64,000 bases of DNA from a virus. Shown one piece after another: positions 36,896 through 46,477 of the stretch. The notes under the pieces were generated by a model. The model made no database searches. It was not told the origin of the DNA and saw nothing but the letters and a program-made list of their open reading frames with translations. A program made the translations under genes and the position numbers. Positions within the stretch are counted from its first letter, which is position 1; the number at the start of each line of letters is the position of its first letter. The stretch is taken from positions 1 through 64,000 of the IMG/VR virus record IMGVR_UViG_3300013099_000017; one strand, 5' to 3'.

Positions 36896-39457
36896 ATGTT
36901 TTATACAAACATTTCTCAAATGGGAAATAAATTTCTACATAGATATGTAGATGGAAGCGGTCATAAATATTCAAGATTTATAGATCATACTCCAAGTGTT
37001 TTTGTTCCATCAAATGAAGTTTCGGAATTTCAGGGCGTTAAGGGTGAAAACCTCAAAGAAGTATCGTTTGATAAAGTTGTAGATGCCAAAGAATATATAA
37101 AAACATATAAAAGTGTTTTGGAAATTCATGGACAATTACAATGGCGTTTATCATGTATTCAAAATCTATATCCAAATGATGTCAGTTTTGATATTAATAA
37201 AATTATAATTGCTACTATTGATATTGAAAATTTAATTGGTGATGAAGGATTTACAAAACCAGAAGAAGCGTTACAACCAATAACATCTATCACGGTTGGC
37301 GTTAGACATAATGGAACTAAACATTATTATGCTTTTTCTTGTATTGATTATATTGTTAAAGATGATGATGTTACCCATAAACAATGTGAAGATGAAGAAG
37401 ATTTGTTATTGAAGTTTCTTGATTTTTGGAAACGATTAGAACCTGATGTATTATCAGGTTGGAATTGTGCAGGATATGATGTACCATATATAATTAATCG
37501 TATATCAAACGTTTTAGGTGAACAATTTATTGGACTTATGGCTCCAAGTGCTTATAAACATAATAAAAGATATGCCGTATCATCAAGAACAACACCAGAG
37601 GGTGAAGTTATTTGGTCATTGGCAGGTATATCTATTATGGATTATATGTTGATGTATAAAAAATTCACATTTAAAACAAGAGAAAGATATTCTTTAGATT
37701 ATATTGCTTATATTGAATTAGGTGATAAAAAAATTGATTATTCTGAGCATGGAAATCTTGATGATTTGTTAAGAAATGATCCACAAACATATGTATCATA
37801 TAACATCAAGGACGTTAAATTAATTGATCGTCTTGATGATAAACTTAATATGTTTATGCTTACAACAAGTTTGGCATATATGACACACATTAATTATGAT
37901 GATGTATTTTCACAAGTACGATTATGGGATCAATTTATCTATGTTGAAATGATGAAAGATAAAATTGTTGTACAACCAAAAAAGGATTTTTCAAAGTCTG
38001 AAAAATATGAAGGTGCTGTTGTATTTGAACCTAAAATTGGAATGTTTGATTGGATTGTAAGTTTTGATTTAGATGGACTATATCCACATATCATGATGCA
38101 AAATAATATCAGTATTGAAAAATTAGTTGAATTTGATGATATTTCTCATGATCTGGATATTACACAATATTGGGATGAATATAGTGGCAAAATTGAATTG
38201 GGTATGAGTGTTGATGATTTTGTATCTGCTAAAGAGATACCAATAAAAAAATCATTATTATATCATAATTTAGCATTATCTGCTAATGGTTCGATGTATA
38301 AAAAAGATGAAGATGGTGTTATTCCAATAATGCTTAAACAATTATATCTTAAACGAAAAGTATTCAAAAAAGCCATGTTGGAAGCGGAACAAAAATCATT
38401 AGATTGTGATGATCCAGAAGAAAAAGCCTACTGGAAAAATGAACAATCAAAAAATAAAGTTATGCAAATGGCAATTAAGGTTTGTCTTAATTCATGTTAT
38501 GGAATGATAGGTAATGAGTATTCAAGATTTTATGATGTACGAATTGCAGAAGGTATTACAATGTTTGGACAGTTGGCTATTCGATGGGTATCGGAACGTG
38601 TCAACAATGAATTAAATAGAATTCTAAAAACAGATAATGTTGATTTTATTATTGCAGGTGATACAGATTCATTTTATTTCACATTAAAACCATTAGTTGA
38701 TAAACACTTTCCAGATAAAACACTTGATGAAAAAGTTGAATTGATTGATAAATTTGCTGAAAGATATGTTCAACCAATTATTCATAAAGCATATGATGAT
38801 TTGAAAGAATATATGAATTCATATGAACAAAAAATGAATATGTCAAGAGAAATTATTGCAAGCCGTGGATTTTGGAGAGCAAAGAAAAACTATGCATTAT
38901 TAATTCATAACTCAGAAGGTGTTGCTTATGATACACCAAAATTGAAAATTATGGGTTTAGAATCAGTTAGATCATCAACACCGGAAATATGCCGTAATGC
39001 TATTGAAGAAAGTGTTAAAATTATTTTAACTAAAAATGAAGCTGAATTGCAAACATATGTAAAAGATTTTGAAACCAAATTTAAAGGTTCCCCCATTATT
39101 GATATATCATTTCCAAGAGGTATTAATGATATTAAAAAGTGGACATGTCCATCTGGTTTTTTTAGTAGAACACCAATACATGTTAAGGGATCATTGACAT
39201 ACAATCGTATCATTGAAAGTCGTGATTTAAAAATGACTCCGATTAGAAATGGTAATAAAATTAAATTTATGTATTTAAAAGATCCAAATCCTGCTCATTG
39301 TAATGTAATATCATATCCAGATTACTTACCTGATGAATTTGGTTTAAATGAATATGTTGATTATCATACTCAATATATTAAAGCATATAAAAATCCAATT
39401 GATTCAATTTGTGATTGTATTGGATGGGAATCAACTAAAATAAGGAAATTATTCTAA
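36896..39457 (+). CDS. 43: Family B DNA polymerase gp43
   Basis: Exo motifs DIEN, GWN..GYD.PY..NR, YNI.DV; SFDLDGLYPH, K...NS.YG..G, AGDTDS, KK.YA, K.MG.E..RSSTP. Confidence 0.98.
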   Translation: MFYTNISQMGNKFLHRYVDGSGHKYSRFIDHTPSVFVPSNEVSEFQGVKGENLKEVSFDKVVDAKEYIKTYKSVLEIHGQLQWRLSCIQNLYPNDVSFDINKIIIATIDIENLIGDEGFTKPEEALQPITSITVGVRHNGTKHYYAFSCIDYIVKDDDVTHKQCEDEEDLLLKFLDFWKRLEPDVLSGWNCAGYDVPYIINRISNVLGEQFIGLMAPSAYKHNKRYAVSSRTTPEGEVIWSLAGISIMDYMLMYKKFTFKTRERYSLDYIAYIELGDKKIDYSEHGNLDDLLRNDPQTYVSYNIKDVKLIDRLDDKLNMFMLTTSLAYMTHINYDDVFSQVRLWDQFIYVEMMKDKIVVQPKKDFSKSEKYEGAVVFEPKIGMFDWIVSFDLDGLYPHIMMQNNISIEKLVEFDDISHDLDITQYWDEYSGKIELGMSVDDFVSAKEIPIKKSLLYHNLALSANGSMYKKDEDGVIPIMLKQLYLKRKVFKKAMLEAEQKSLDCDDPEEKAYWKNEQSKNKVMQMAIKVCLNSCYGMIGNEYSRFYDVRIAEGITMFGQLAIRWVSERVNNELNRILKTDNVDFIIAGDTDSFYFTLKPLVDKHFPDKTLDEKVELIDKFAERYVQPIIHKAYDDLKEYMNSYEQKMNMSREIIASRGFWRAKKNYALLIHNSEGVAYDTPKLKIMGLESVRSSTPEICRNAIEESVKIILTKNEAELQTYVKDFETKFKGSPIIDISFPRGINDIKKWTCPSGFFSRTPIHVKGSLTYNRIIESRDLKMTPIRNGNKIKFMYLKDPNPAHCNVISYPDYLPDEFGLNEYVDYHTQYIKAYKNPIDSICDCIGWESTKIRKLF

Positions 39458-39744
39458 TGAATATGAGTATAAGTAATGTGGATGATCCATATTTAAGAAA
39501 ATATGAAGTTGAAGTTGGTAGGGTTTATTTTGTAAGATTACCGGAAGATAAACCAAATGGTAAATTAACTAAAGTTAGAGTTAATGATATAACTGATACT
39601 TCAATTGTATTGAATAAGAATTGGGATGGTAAAGCAAGATGGAATATAATTGAAAATTATGAATATTCAAAAATTGATGTATTGGAAAAAATAAAAGATT
39701 TTTCAGATATAGCAAAGGATATACAACTTATGATGGGTAGGTAA
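39457..39744 (+). CDS. Hypothetical protein
   Basis: 95-aa ORF coupled to gp43. Confidence 0.55.
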   Translation: MNMSISNVDDPYLRKYEVEVGRVYFVRLPEDKPNGKLTKVRVNDITDTSIVLNKNWDGKARWNIIENYEYSKIDVLEKIKDFSDIAKDIQLMMGR

Positions 39745-40007
39745 TGAATAAATTACTCAAAAAAGAATATGATAAAGTTCCTGATTTTGTAAAAGAGAAT
39801 TTAGCAGAGGCTATTAATTGGGCTATGTTGGCACTTACCATACATGAAGGTGCTGGACACAATATTAATGTAACCGGAAATTCTGATAATCAGGTATGTT
39901 GTTGTTTTGATAAATCATCATGGAAAGCAGATCATTGTGGTGATTATATGGATACTGCAAGTGAAGCAGTCGTTTTAGCAGTATGTGAATATTTAATTGG
40001 AGAATAA
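39744..40007 (+). CDS. Hypothetical protein
   Basis: 87-aa coupled ORF. Confidence 0.55.
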   Translation: MNKLLKKEYDKVPDFVKENLAEAINWAMLALTIHEGAGHNINVTGNSDNQVCCCFDKSSWKADHCGDYMDTASEAVVLAVCEYLIGE

Positions 40008-40010
40008 ATA

Positions 40011-40238
40011 ATGAAAAGTGAAAAACAGTGGTTACTTGAAAAACAAGAAGAATGGAATATAAAGAAAGATCTAAAAATTTCAGAACTTGAACAAGAAATA
40101 TTAGAATTAAAAAAGAATTTAAAACAACATGAATGTGCTACTGATGCAATAACTCCGTGGTTGACATCTTCAATGAACGATATTTATTCTACATATCGAG
40201 AAGCGTATTTTGATTGTTTTGATGGGGATAAATTATGA
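40011..40238 (+). CDS. Hypothetical protein
   Basis: 75-aa ORF. Confidence 0.55.
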   Translation: MKSEKQWLLEKQEEWNIKKDLKISELEQEILELKKNLKQHECATDAITPWLTSSMNDIYSTYREAYFDCFDGDKL

Positions 40239-40456
40239 AAGTTGAAGATTGTTTGATTGAAGATTTAGAAAATCTTATTGATGTTGTCGAAATTATAAAA
40301 CAGGAAGGATCGTTGGCATTTGTTGTTAATTCAATATCGTTGGTCGATGGTGCTCCCGTTGAAAGGAAATTAACAGGATATGATTTATTAACTGAATACC
40401 ATGCCTCTATAATGGATAGAGTTGGCATTGTATTAAGTAATAATGGTTGTGTTTGA
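40235..40456 (+). CDS. Hypothetical protein
   Basis: 73-aa ORF with ATGA overlap. Confidence 0.55.
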   Translation: MKVEDCLIEDLENLIDVVEIIKQEGSLAFVVNSISLVDGAPVERKLTGYDLLTEYHASIMDRVGIVLSNNGCV

Positions 40457-40479
40457 TAAAAAATTAAAAAGGAATTTAA

Positions 40480-41481
40480 ATGAATGAGTTAATGAAAAAA
40501 GTATTTAAAAATACATCAAATCCATATGTTGATACATTGGAAAAGTCTGAATTATTGGATAAAAGTGATCCGATTGTAACAGAAATACCTGCATTAAATT
40601 TAATTTTATCAGGTGAAGTTGATGGTGGATTTAATTGTGGTATCACTACAATTGCAGGGGAATCTAAAAACTTTAAAACATTGTTTGGTTTGAATATGTG
40701 TAAAGCATTTTTAGATAAAAATCCAAAAGGCATTTTAGTCTTTTTTGATTCTGAATTTGGATCACCAAGATCATATTTTAATTTCTTTGGTAAAAGTGGT
40801 ACGGAACGTGTTATACATTTCCCTGTTGCAACTGTTGAAGAATTAAGAACCGAAATGTTAAATCAAATAGAAGGGTTTGATCGTGATGATAAAGTTATGT
40901 TCATGGTGGATTCTATTGGTAATCTTGCTTCAATTAAAGAAACTGAGGATAGTTTAGATGGTAAAACTACTGTTGATATGACAAGAGCTAAAATGATTAA
41001 ATCCCTGTTTAGATTGATTACTGCACGATTAATAATTAAAGATATTCCATTGGTTGTAGTTGGACACACATATCAAACGTTAGAAATGTTTTCTAAACAA
41101 GTTCTTGGTGGTGGTACTGGTACAATTTATGCAAGTGATACTATTATATTTGTTGGTAAGCAACAAGATAAAGATGGTAAAGAATTGCTTGGTTATAACT
41201 TTATATTAAAGTCTGAAAAATCCCGTTTTGTTCGTGAAAAAATGGCTATTCCTGTTAATGTTAAATATGTTGGTGGTATATATAAATATTCCGGTATGTT
41301 TGAACTTGCTGTTAAATATGAGATAATTTTAAATCCTACTAAGGGTTGGTATGAGTATAACGGCAAAAAATTAAGACGTAAAGAAGTTGAAGCTGATGAT
41401 GAAATGATGAAAGAAATTGTATCTAATGAAAAATTTAGACAATTGGTTCAAAGTGAATATCAATTGGATGATGTGTTATAA
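40480..41481 (+). CDS. uvsX: RecA-like recombinase UvsX
   Basis: T.IP.LN..LSG..DGG...G.T.IAGESKNFKT, FFDSEFG, DSIGNLAS.KE, DMTRAK..KSLFR, GGG.G..Y..D. Confidence 0.97.
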   Translation: MNELMKKVFKNTSNPYVDTLEKSELLDKSDPIVTEIPALNLILSGEVDGGFNCGITTIAGESKNFKTLFGLNMCKAFLDKNPKGILVFFDSEFGSPRSYFNFFGKSGTERVIHFPVATVEELRTEMLNQIEGFDRDDKVMFMVDSIGNLASIKETEDSLDGKTTVDMTRAKMIKSLFRLITARLIIKDIPLVVVGHTYQTLEMFSKQVLGGGTGTIYASDTIIFVGKQQDKDGKELLGYNFILKSEKSRFVREKMAIPVNVKYVGGIYKYSGMFELAVKYEIILNPTKGWYEYNGKKLRRKEVEADDEMMKEIVSNEKFRQLVQSEYQLDDVL

Positions 41482-41487
41482 TATTAC

Positions 41488-41516
41488 TTGACATGATATC
41501 AAATTCATGTTAATAT
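41488..41516 (+). promoter_or_regulatory. Sigma70 promoter
   Basis: TTGACA-N17-TAATAT with TG extension. Confidence 0.8.
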
Positions 41517-41545
41517 GGTTAAAATCAAAAATCAAGGTGAATGAT

Positions 41546-41989
41546 GTGAATAAAGATTGGATAGAATTTGATGGTAATAATTGGGCTGATGTTTTGCGTT
41601 TTCTTGTCAGTCATAATGAATATGGAGAATATATAAAACAGTTAGATGGTGATGAAATTATATCTTTTATTTCTAAATTATCGGCTGATATTAATGCTGT
41701 TGCAGGTGATGTGATTTCAATGAAAGATGGTGAAATGGAAATATTTTCTGCCGAAGAATGGAAACTGTACAGCAAACCAACAGATGTAAGTGAAGTTGAA
41801 CGATTATTGAATATTTTACGTGGTAATGTTCTTCCCGATGCTTATATCTTTGAAATGATTACAGCTATTTCAGATGATACTTTGTTTATTGAGCCAGTAA
41901 AATTTACAGATTGGCATAAAATTAATGGCATTTTTTGCAAAATTACAACAAATGAAACAACTAACAGCTATGAGGTAAATACAGTATGA
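41546..41989 (+). CDS. Hypothetical protein (paralogue of 41986-42399)
   Basis: Likely GTG start at 41546, because ATG 41507 overlaps the promoter -10 region; FDGNNW.DVL.FL. Confidence 0.55.
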   Translation: MNKDWIEFDGNNWADVLRFLVSHNEYGEYIKQLDGDEIISFISKLSADINAVAGDVISMKDGEMEIFSAEEWKLYSKPTDVSEVERLLNILRGNVLPDAYIFEMITAISDDTLFIEPVKFTDWHKINGIFCKITTNETTNSYEVNTV

Positions 41990-42399
41990 TGGTTAAATCA
42001 ATGAAATATAATGGTGAAAATTGGGAAGATATTCTATACTTCTTAAAAGGTGTCGGTGAATATCGAACTGTATTAGAATCGGATGGTGATACATTTGAAT
42101 CTTCTATGTATGTATATTTATCGGATGGTGAAGCAACAATACTTAATGTTAATGATTATGTTGCATATGTTGATGATGATATTGTAATATTTAGTGAACG
42201 TGATTGGATACGTTTCAATAGACCATCATATCTTATTGAATATGAACGGGTATTGAATCTTGTTTTTCCTGCAAGCGAAATTGGAACTAATGTTTTTGAA
42301 CTTGTTGGAGAAATAACAGGTTATGACGTTAAACCATATGGTAATCGTTGTGTTTGGATTTTAGGTGATCGAGTATTTGAGGTAAAAGCCAATGACTAA
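41986..42399 (+). CDS. Hypothetical protein (paralogue of 41546-41989)
   Basis: YNGENW.DIL.FL...IFSE.DW. Confidence 0.55.
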   Translation: MMVKSMKYNGENWEDILYFLKGVGEYRTVLESDGDTFESSMYVYLSDGEATILNVNDYVAYVDDDIVIFSERDWIRFNRPSYLIEYERVLNLVFPASEIGTNVFELVGEITGYDVKPYGNRCVWILGDRVFEVKAND

Positions 42400-42655
42400 T
42401 CATGAATATGCTATGAAATTGATATCCTTGTACACGGCATTATATGAAATCGAACAACACAAATATGATAATATTTGGAAATCATTTCATGAATGTTTGG
42501 ATGATAATGACATTGAATTTTCTGTTGTTAAATATGAATATGATGGAAATCATCAAAAAGGTCGATATGTAATTATATTTAATGATGATTTTTTTGTTAT
42601 CACTGTTGAATCAAAACATCATGGATACATAAAGTGGAGTATTGAAAATGAATAA
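42392..42655 (+). CDS. Hypothetical protein
   Basis: 87-aa overlapping ORF. Confidence 0.5.
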   Translation: MTNHEYAMKLISLYTALYEIEQHKYDNIWKSFHECLDDNDIEFSVVKYEYDGNHQKGRYVIIFNDDFFVITVESKHHGYIKWSIENE

Positions 42656-43730
42656 AGGGGTTAAATATGACAATGATAAACCAAGATGGGGATTGTTGCC
42701 ATATAAACAAGTAGAACAAATTGTTGATGTTTTAACCTTTGGTTCAAAAAAATATTCTGATGATAATTGGAAGAAAGTACCAAATGCAGAAGAACGTTAT
42801 TTTGATGCCATGTTAAGACATATCACAGAATATCGTTATGGTGATAAATCAGATACAGAAACAACTAAATCACATTTGGCTCATGCTATGTGTTGTGCTT
42901 TATTTTTAATGTGGTTTGATGATAATCCTGATGCTGAACGATTTTTTGATGATGATGTTGAAAAAGATGATATCTCTTTTGATTTGAAACCCGATGATAT
43001 TGAAAATTATTATTTTATGGGTGTGGATGCATCATTGAAGTTGATTTCTGATAATATTAAAAAAGGTGTTGTTGATCTTAAAACATGGGTTCAAGTAAAT
43101 ATAAAACGTGATGAAAATGGAACATATTATGAATATGTTGGTAAAAATTCACCACATTTTAAATTCAAAGAACATGATGGTGAATTAGAATTTTATATTC
43201 CCCCTGCCGATATAGTACCACAATTATCCGTTGAAGATATGTTTAATTTAATAAAACCATTAAAAGAGAATGATGGTATTTATCCAACAAGAATGAATCC
43301 ACTTAATAATTTAATTGGTCGTGGTGTTGCAAGTTTAACAACTGAACCAAATCCAATGCAAGATATAATAAAATCACTTGATGAAACTATATTAGATATT
43401 GAAAATGGTAATACAACTTGTCCTAGTGTTGATACAATACCAAAAAGTAATGCAAGTTTAACAACTGAACCGAATCAAGAACCATCTTGCTGTTATAGTA
43501 ATATGGGTAATGTTAAAACAAAATTATGTACACCAGAAGAAATATTGCGGTGTTTGCAAAAGTCTTGTGATGATGCAGGTCATGTTGGTAATAGTTGGTT
43601 TAAGCCAAATACAATGAAGTGTATGCATGGTGCTAACCAATATGCCTATATCGGTAAAAATTCTACCGCAAATTTTTTCTTTTTTGAATTGGTTGATAAT
43701 AAATTTAAACGGATATATAATAATGATTGA
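42648..43730 (+). CDS. dATP/dGTP diphosphohydrolase (DUF5664-like) domain fused to a long C-terminal extension
   Basis: G.KYD.DKPRW.LLP...V..IV.VLTFG.KKY...NW, RYF.A..RH, D.ET..SHLAHA.CC.LFL. Confidence 0.8.
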   Translation: MNKGVKYDNDKPRWGLLPYKQVEQIVDVLTFGSKKYSDDNWKKVPNAEERYFDAMLRHITEYRYGDKSDTETTKSHLAHAMCCALFLMWFDDNPDAERFFDDDVEKDDISFDLKPDDIENYYFMGVDASLKLISDNIKKGVVDLKTWVQVNIKRDENGTYYEYVGKNSPHFKFKEHDGELEFYIPPADIVPQLSVEDMFNLIKPLKENDGIYPTRMNPLNNLIGRGVASLTTEPNPMQDIIKSLDETILDIENGNTTCPSVDTIPKSNASLTTEPNQEPSCCYSNMGNVKTKLCTPEEILRCLQKSCDDAGHVGNSWFKPNTMKCMHGANQYAYIGKNSTANFFFFELVDNKFKRIYNND

Positions 43731-44190
43731 TCGTTTTTTTAAATTTATTGTTTTATGGTATACACGATTATTACCTTATAAATTAACCAAGTTTAATCAT
43801 TTTTTCATGAATGTTGCTTTACAATGTGCGAAATTATCACATTGTAAACGAAAACAAGTTGGTTGTGTTATAGTCAAGGGTGGAAATATTATTTCTATTG
43901 GTTATAATGGTACACCAGCAGGGGAAGATAATTGTTGTGAAGATGAAACAGGTGAATTAACAAAATACAATGTTATTCATGCAGAAGATAATGCATTAAG
44001 AAAATTAATGGTTAGCCATGAATCAAGTGTTGGTGCTGATGTTTATTGTACTTTGATGCCATGTGAACGATGTGCAAGTCTATTATTGTCTGCTAAAATT
44101 AAAAGACTTTTTTATCATCAAATTTATAGTTGTAAAAGTGGTATTCAAAAACTAGAAGAACATGGTGTAAAATGCGTAAAACTTTCATAA
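43723..44190 (+). CDS. cd: dCMP deaminase
   Basis: S.C.R.QVG.VIV....IIS.GYNGTP.G..NCCE, HAE.NA, T..PC..CA; likely ATG at 43723. Confidence 0.93.
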   Translation: MIDRFFKFIVLWYTRLLPYKLTKFNHFFMNVALQCAKLSHCKRKQVGCVIVKGGNIISIGYNGTPAGEDNCCEDETGELTKYNVIHAEDNALRKLMVSHESSVGADVYCTLMPCERCASLLLSAKIKRLFYHQIYSCKSGIQKLEEHGVKCVKLS

Positions 44191-44453
44191 AATTTGAAGA
44201 TATCCTTGCAGGTACTATATTCCCAAATCATACTATTTCATTTGGAAGATTGTATGATTTTGGTCGAAAATTTTCTGGTATTTATTTGAAAATTGTGTTA
44301 CCATCTATTAGAACAAAAGAAGTTTTGGATTTTTCAAATTATAATATGAAAAATGCTCCATGTAAAAAACATATTATGTTTAGATGGTTCTTTGACTTTA
44401 AAATTAAATCTAACTTTGAAACAAATAAAGCATGGATCGAATATGAAAAATGA
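44172..44453 (+). CDS. Hypothetical protein
   Basis: 93-aa ORF. Confidence 0.5.
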   Translation: MRKTFIKFEDILAGTIFPNHTISFGRLYDFGRKFSGIYLKIVLPSIRTKEVLDFSNYNMKNAPCKKHIMFRWFFDFKIKSNFETNKAWIEYEK

Positions 44454-44694
44454 TGAAACTGTTATAGATTCAATTGAGCAATATAAACGTGTTTTAGAGC
44501 AAACAGTAAAAGGTAAAGATGTTCGATTGTCAGTTGAATATTTTGCATTTTATGGTGCTCTTGATGCATTAATTAAGGTATATAAATCAATTACTTATTT
44601 AATTGATATTGATCATTTTGAAACGAATAAATCCGAAGCTGAGTTTATTCTTAATGAAATTGACATTTTATATAAAAAATACAATATAGGATAA
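44443..44694 (+). CDS. Hypothetical protein
   Basis: Likely start ATG 44443 (MKNDETVIDS). Confidence 0.5.
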   Translation: MKNDETVIDSIEQYKRVLEQTVKGKDVRLSVEYFAFYGALDALIKVYKSITYLIDIDHFETNKSEAEFILNEIDILYKKYNIG

Positions 44695-44697
44695 ATT

Positions 44698-45198
44698 ATG
44701 AAATATGTTAAATTTACAGGCAGTTTTAATAAATTAGAAGAACTTGGTTATGGTTATAAAACTTCCCATGGTGAAAAAGTTTTATGGGAAAAGGATAATT
44801 ATTCGATTTGGGTAAGTGGTTCATATTTACTGAATTCCGATCTTGATGATTATTTTCCTTTTATTGTGGAAAAGTTATTTACATTGGATATGGGTGATTT
44901 ACCATTTAGTAATATTAAAACTATTATAAATCCAAAAAAGATTATAGATAGTTTTTATCTGAATATTTATATACATTTAAAAACAAAAGAATGTAGTTTT
45001 AATAATCTTGATTTTGAGATTGGTCGTAAACTTGAACTTCAATCTTATCATGATGATAATAAATATTTTAATGAATGGGTTAAAGCATCCATTGATCCTA
45101 ATTCACTACAACCTTTAATTGAATTATATAATAAGGGTTGGGTTGAAATTGTAGAAGTTGATGTTGATGAAGAACTTGATTGGTTGTTAATAGACTAA
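44698..45198 (+). CDS. Hypothetical protein, tandem paralogue 1
   Basis: MKYVKFTG...LGY...IVEKLFTLD..LPF...L.PLIELYNKGW.EI.E. Confidence 0.65.
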   Translation: MKYVKFTGSFNKLEELGYGYKTSHGEKVLWEKDNYSIWVSGSYLLNSDLDDYFPFIVEKLFTLDMGDLPFSNIKTIINPKKIIDSFYLNIYIHLKTKECSFNNLDFEIGRKLELQSYHDDNKYFNEWVKASIDPNSLQPLIELYNKGWVEIVEVDVDEELDWLLID

Positions 45199-45204
45199 TG
45201 GAAC

Positions 45205-45666
45205 GTGATGATGAAATATGTTAAATTTACCGGAAAATATGCAGAGTTAAATAAACTTGGATATAAATTTCAAAAACTGTATGCCAATAATTATCAACAA
45301 TGGAATAAAAAAGATTATCGTATTTGGCGAAAGGGTTCAGAAGTAACTCATGATGGTTTAGGTCAAATGTTCCCGTCTATTGTGGAAAAATTATTTACAT
45401 TGGATATAAGTAATCTTCCATTTACAGAATCAGAATATATTATAGATTATTTTTTTATGTTCATTTATGTTCATAGAAAAACCAATACATGTATGTTTGA
45501 TAAAACAGATTGGTTTATTGGAATGAAGCGTGAAGTTGAATCTTATCAAGGTGAAGATGAAACCCTGTATTATGATAATCCTTGGAAAAAAGTAATATTA
45601 TCGGAAAGTTCATTAAAACCTTTAATCGAATTATACAATAAGGGTTGGATTGAAATAACTGAGTAA
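45205..45666 (+). CDS. Hypothetical protein, tandem paralogue 2
   Basis: Same N- and C-terminal motifs as 44698-45198. Confidence 0.65.
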   Translation: MMMKYVKFTGKYAELNKLGYKFQKLYANNYQQWNKKDYRIWRKGSEVTHDGLGQMFPSIVEKLFTLDISNLPFTESEYIIDYFFMFIYVHRKTNTCMFDKTDWFIGMKREVESYQGEDETLYYDNPWKKVILSESSLKPLIELYNKGWIEITE

Positions 45667-45715
45667 TATATCCCATTGTGGGTATATAAATATATAATTA
45701 ATTATGTAATACTAT
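45666..45715 (+). promoter_or_regulatory. CCCA-N3-TGGG palindrome promoter
   Basis: ATATATCCCATTGTGGGTATATA-N21-TACTAT. Confidence 0.7.
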
Positions 45716-45753
45716 GTGTGTTGATTAAGAAAAACTTCCAAAAGGAAAAACAA

Positions 45754-46161
45754 ATGTCGATTTATGTATATTCAGCAACATCAAAAACTTTGCCATTATC
45801 AATTAATGGTGAAATTGTTCAAGCGACATATTACAAATATACCCACAATCAATCATTAGAAAATGATTATAATTGGTTTGGTGAAAAATCTAAGGGGATT
45901 TTTAGTAAAATAAAATATTGGGCTGATCGTGCATTATCAAAGGCAAAAAGAGATAATGTTAAATATGTTATTGTTGGTGATGATGAATATCCTGATTTTC
46001 CACGTTCCGTATTTAAAGTAAGTTATGTTGATGATTTATCTTCCTTTATTTGGGATCATGATCCTAATCATTTACATACCCGTCTTGGTAGTTATCAAAA
46101 ATCGAAAATTGGTAAACGTGTTGTATATTTACCTTTACCTTCATCGAAAGGAAATCATTAA
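45754..46161 (+). CDS. Hypothetical protein, first gene of a promoter cassette
   Basis: ATG 45754 follows the conserved AAACTTCCAAAAGGAAA leader. Confidence 0.6.
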   Translation: MSIYVYSATSKTLPLSINGEIVQATYYKYTHNQSLENDYNWFGEKSKGIFSKIKYWADRALSKAKRDNVKYVIVGDDEYPDFPRSVFKVSYVDDLSSFIWDHDPNHLHTRLGSYQKSKIGKRVVYLPLPSSKGNH

Positions 46162-46307
46162 TGAACGTTAGAATTATAAAAATTGGTCAAAATGAATTCA
46201 ATGTGAATATCAAAGATGGTCAAGTTTCAACTGTCTCTACTGATTTGGTAGAGAATCTTACAACTGTTAATGTTAATGCAATTAAAGCTATTGTTGGTTC
46301 AAAATAA
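46161..46307 (+). CDS. Hypothetical protein (48 aa, not in track)
   Basis: MNVRIIKIGQNEF...; TAATG coupling on both sides. Confidence 0.45.
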   Translation: MNVRIIKIGQNEFNVNIKDGQVSTVSTDLVENLTTVNVNAIKAIVGSK

Positions 46308-46477
46308 TGAAAAAATTTAATGTATCATTCACTTATAGAGAAGAAGATTTTGATGATGTCTATGAAGGTGAAAGTGAAGATGATGTTATTGCTGTTATTG
46401 AGTGGAATTATGAAACGGATTCTTTTTATGATAATCACTATATAAGTAATTTAGAAATTGAGGAAATTGTAGAATGA
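46307..46477 (+). CDS. Small acidic protein (56 aa, not in track)
   Basis: MKKFNVSFTYREEDFDDVYEGESEDDV... Confidence 0.5.
   Translation: MKKFNVSFTYREEDFDDVYEGESEDDVIAVIEWNYETDSFYDNHYISNLEIEEIVE

Noticed and set aside
36896-39457. Intron/intein or split in gp43
   Set aside because: Single 853-aa ORF with all motifs contiguous; no intein signatures.
34798-40733. Antisense ORFs over dUTPase, gp43 and uvsX (34798-35076, 38926-39213, 40476-40733)
   Set aside because: Nested opposite well-supported core genes, with no motifs or RBS.
42648-43730. Call of a 2-aminoadenine (Z-genome) pathway
   Set aside because: Only the DUF5664-like domain is seen; no purZ or datZ in the window, so it is not supportable.
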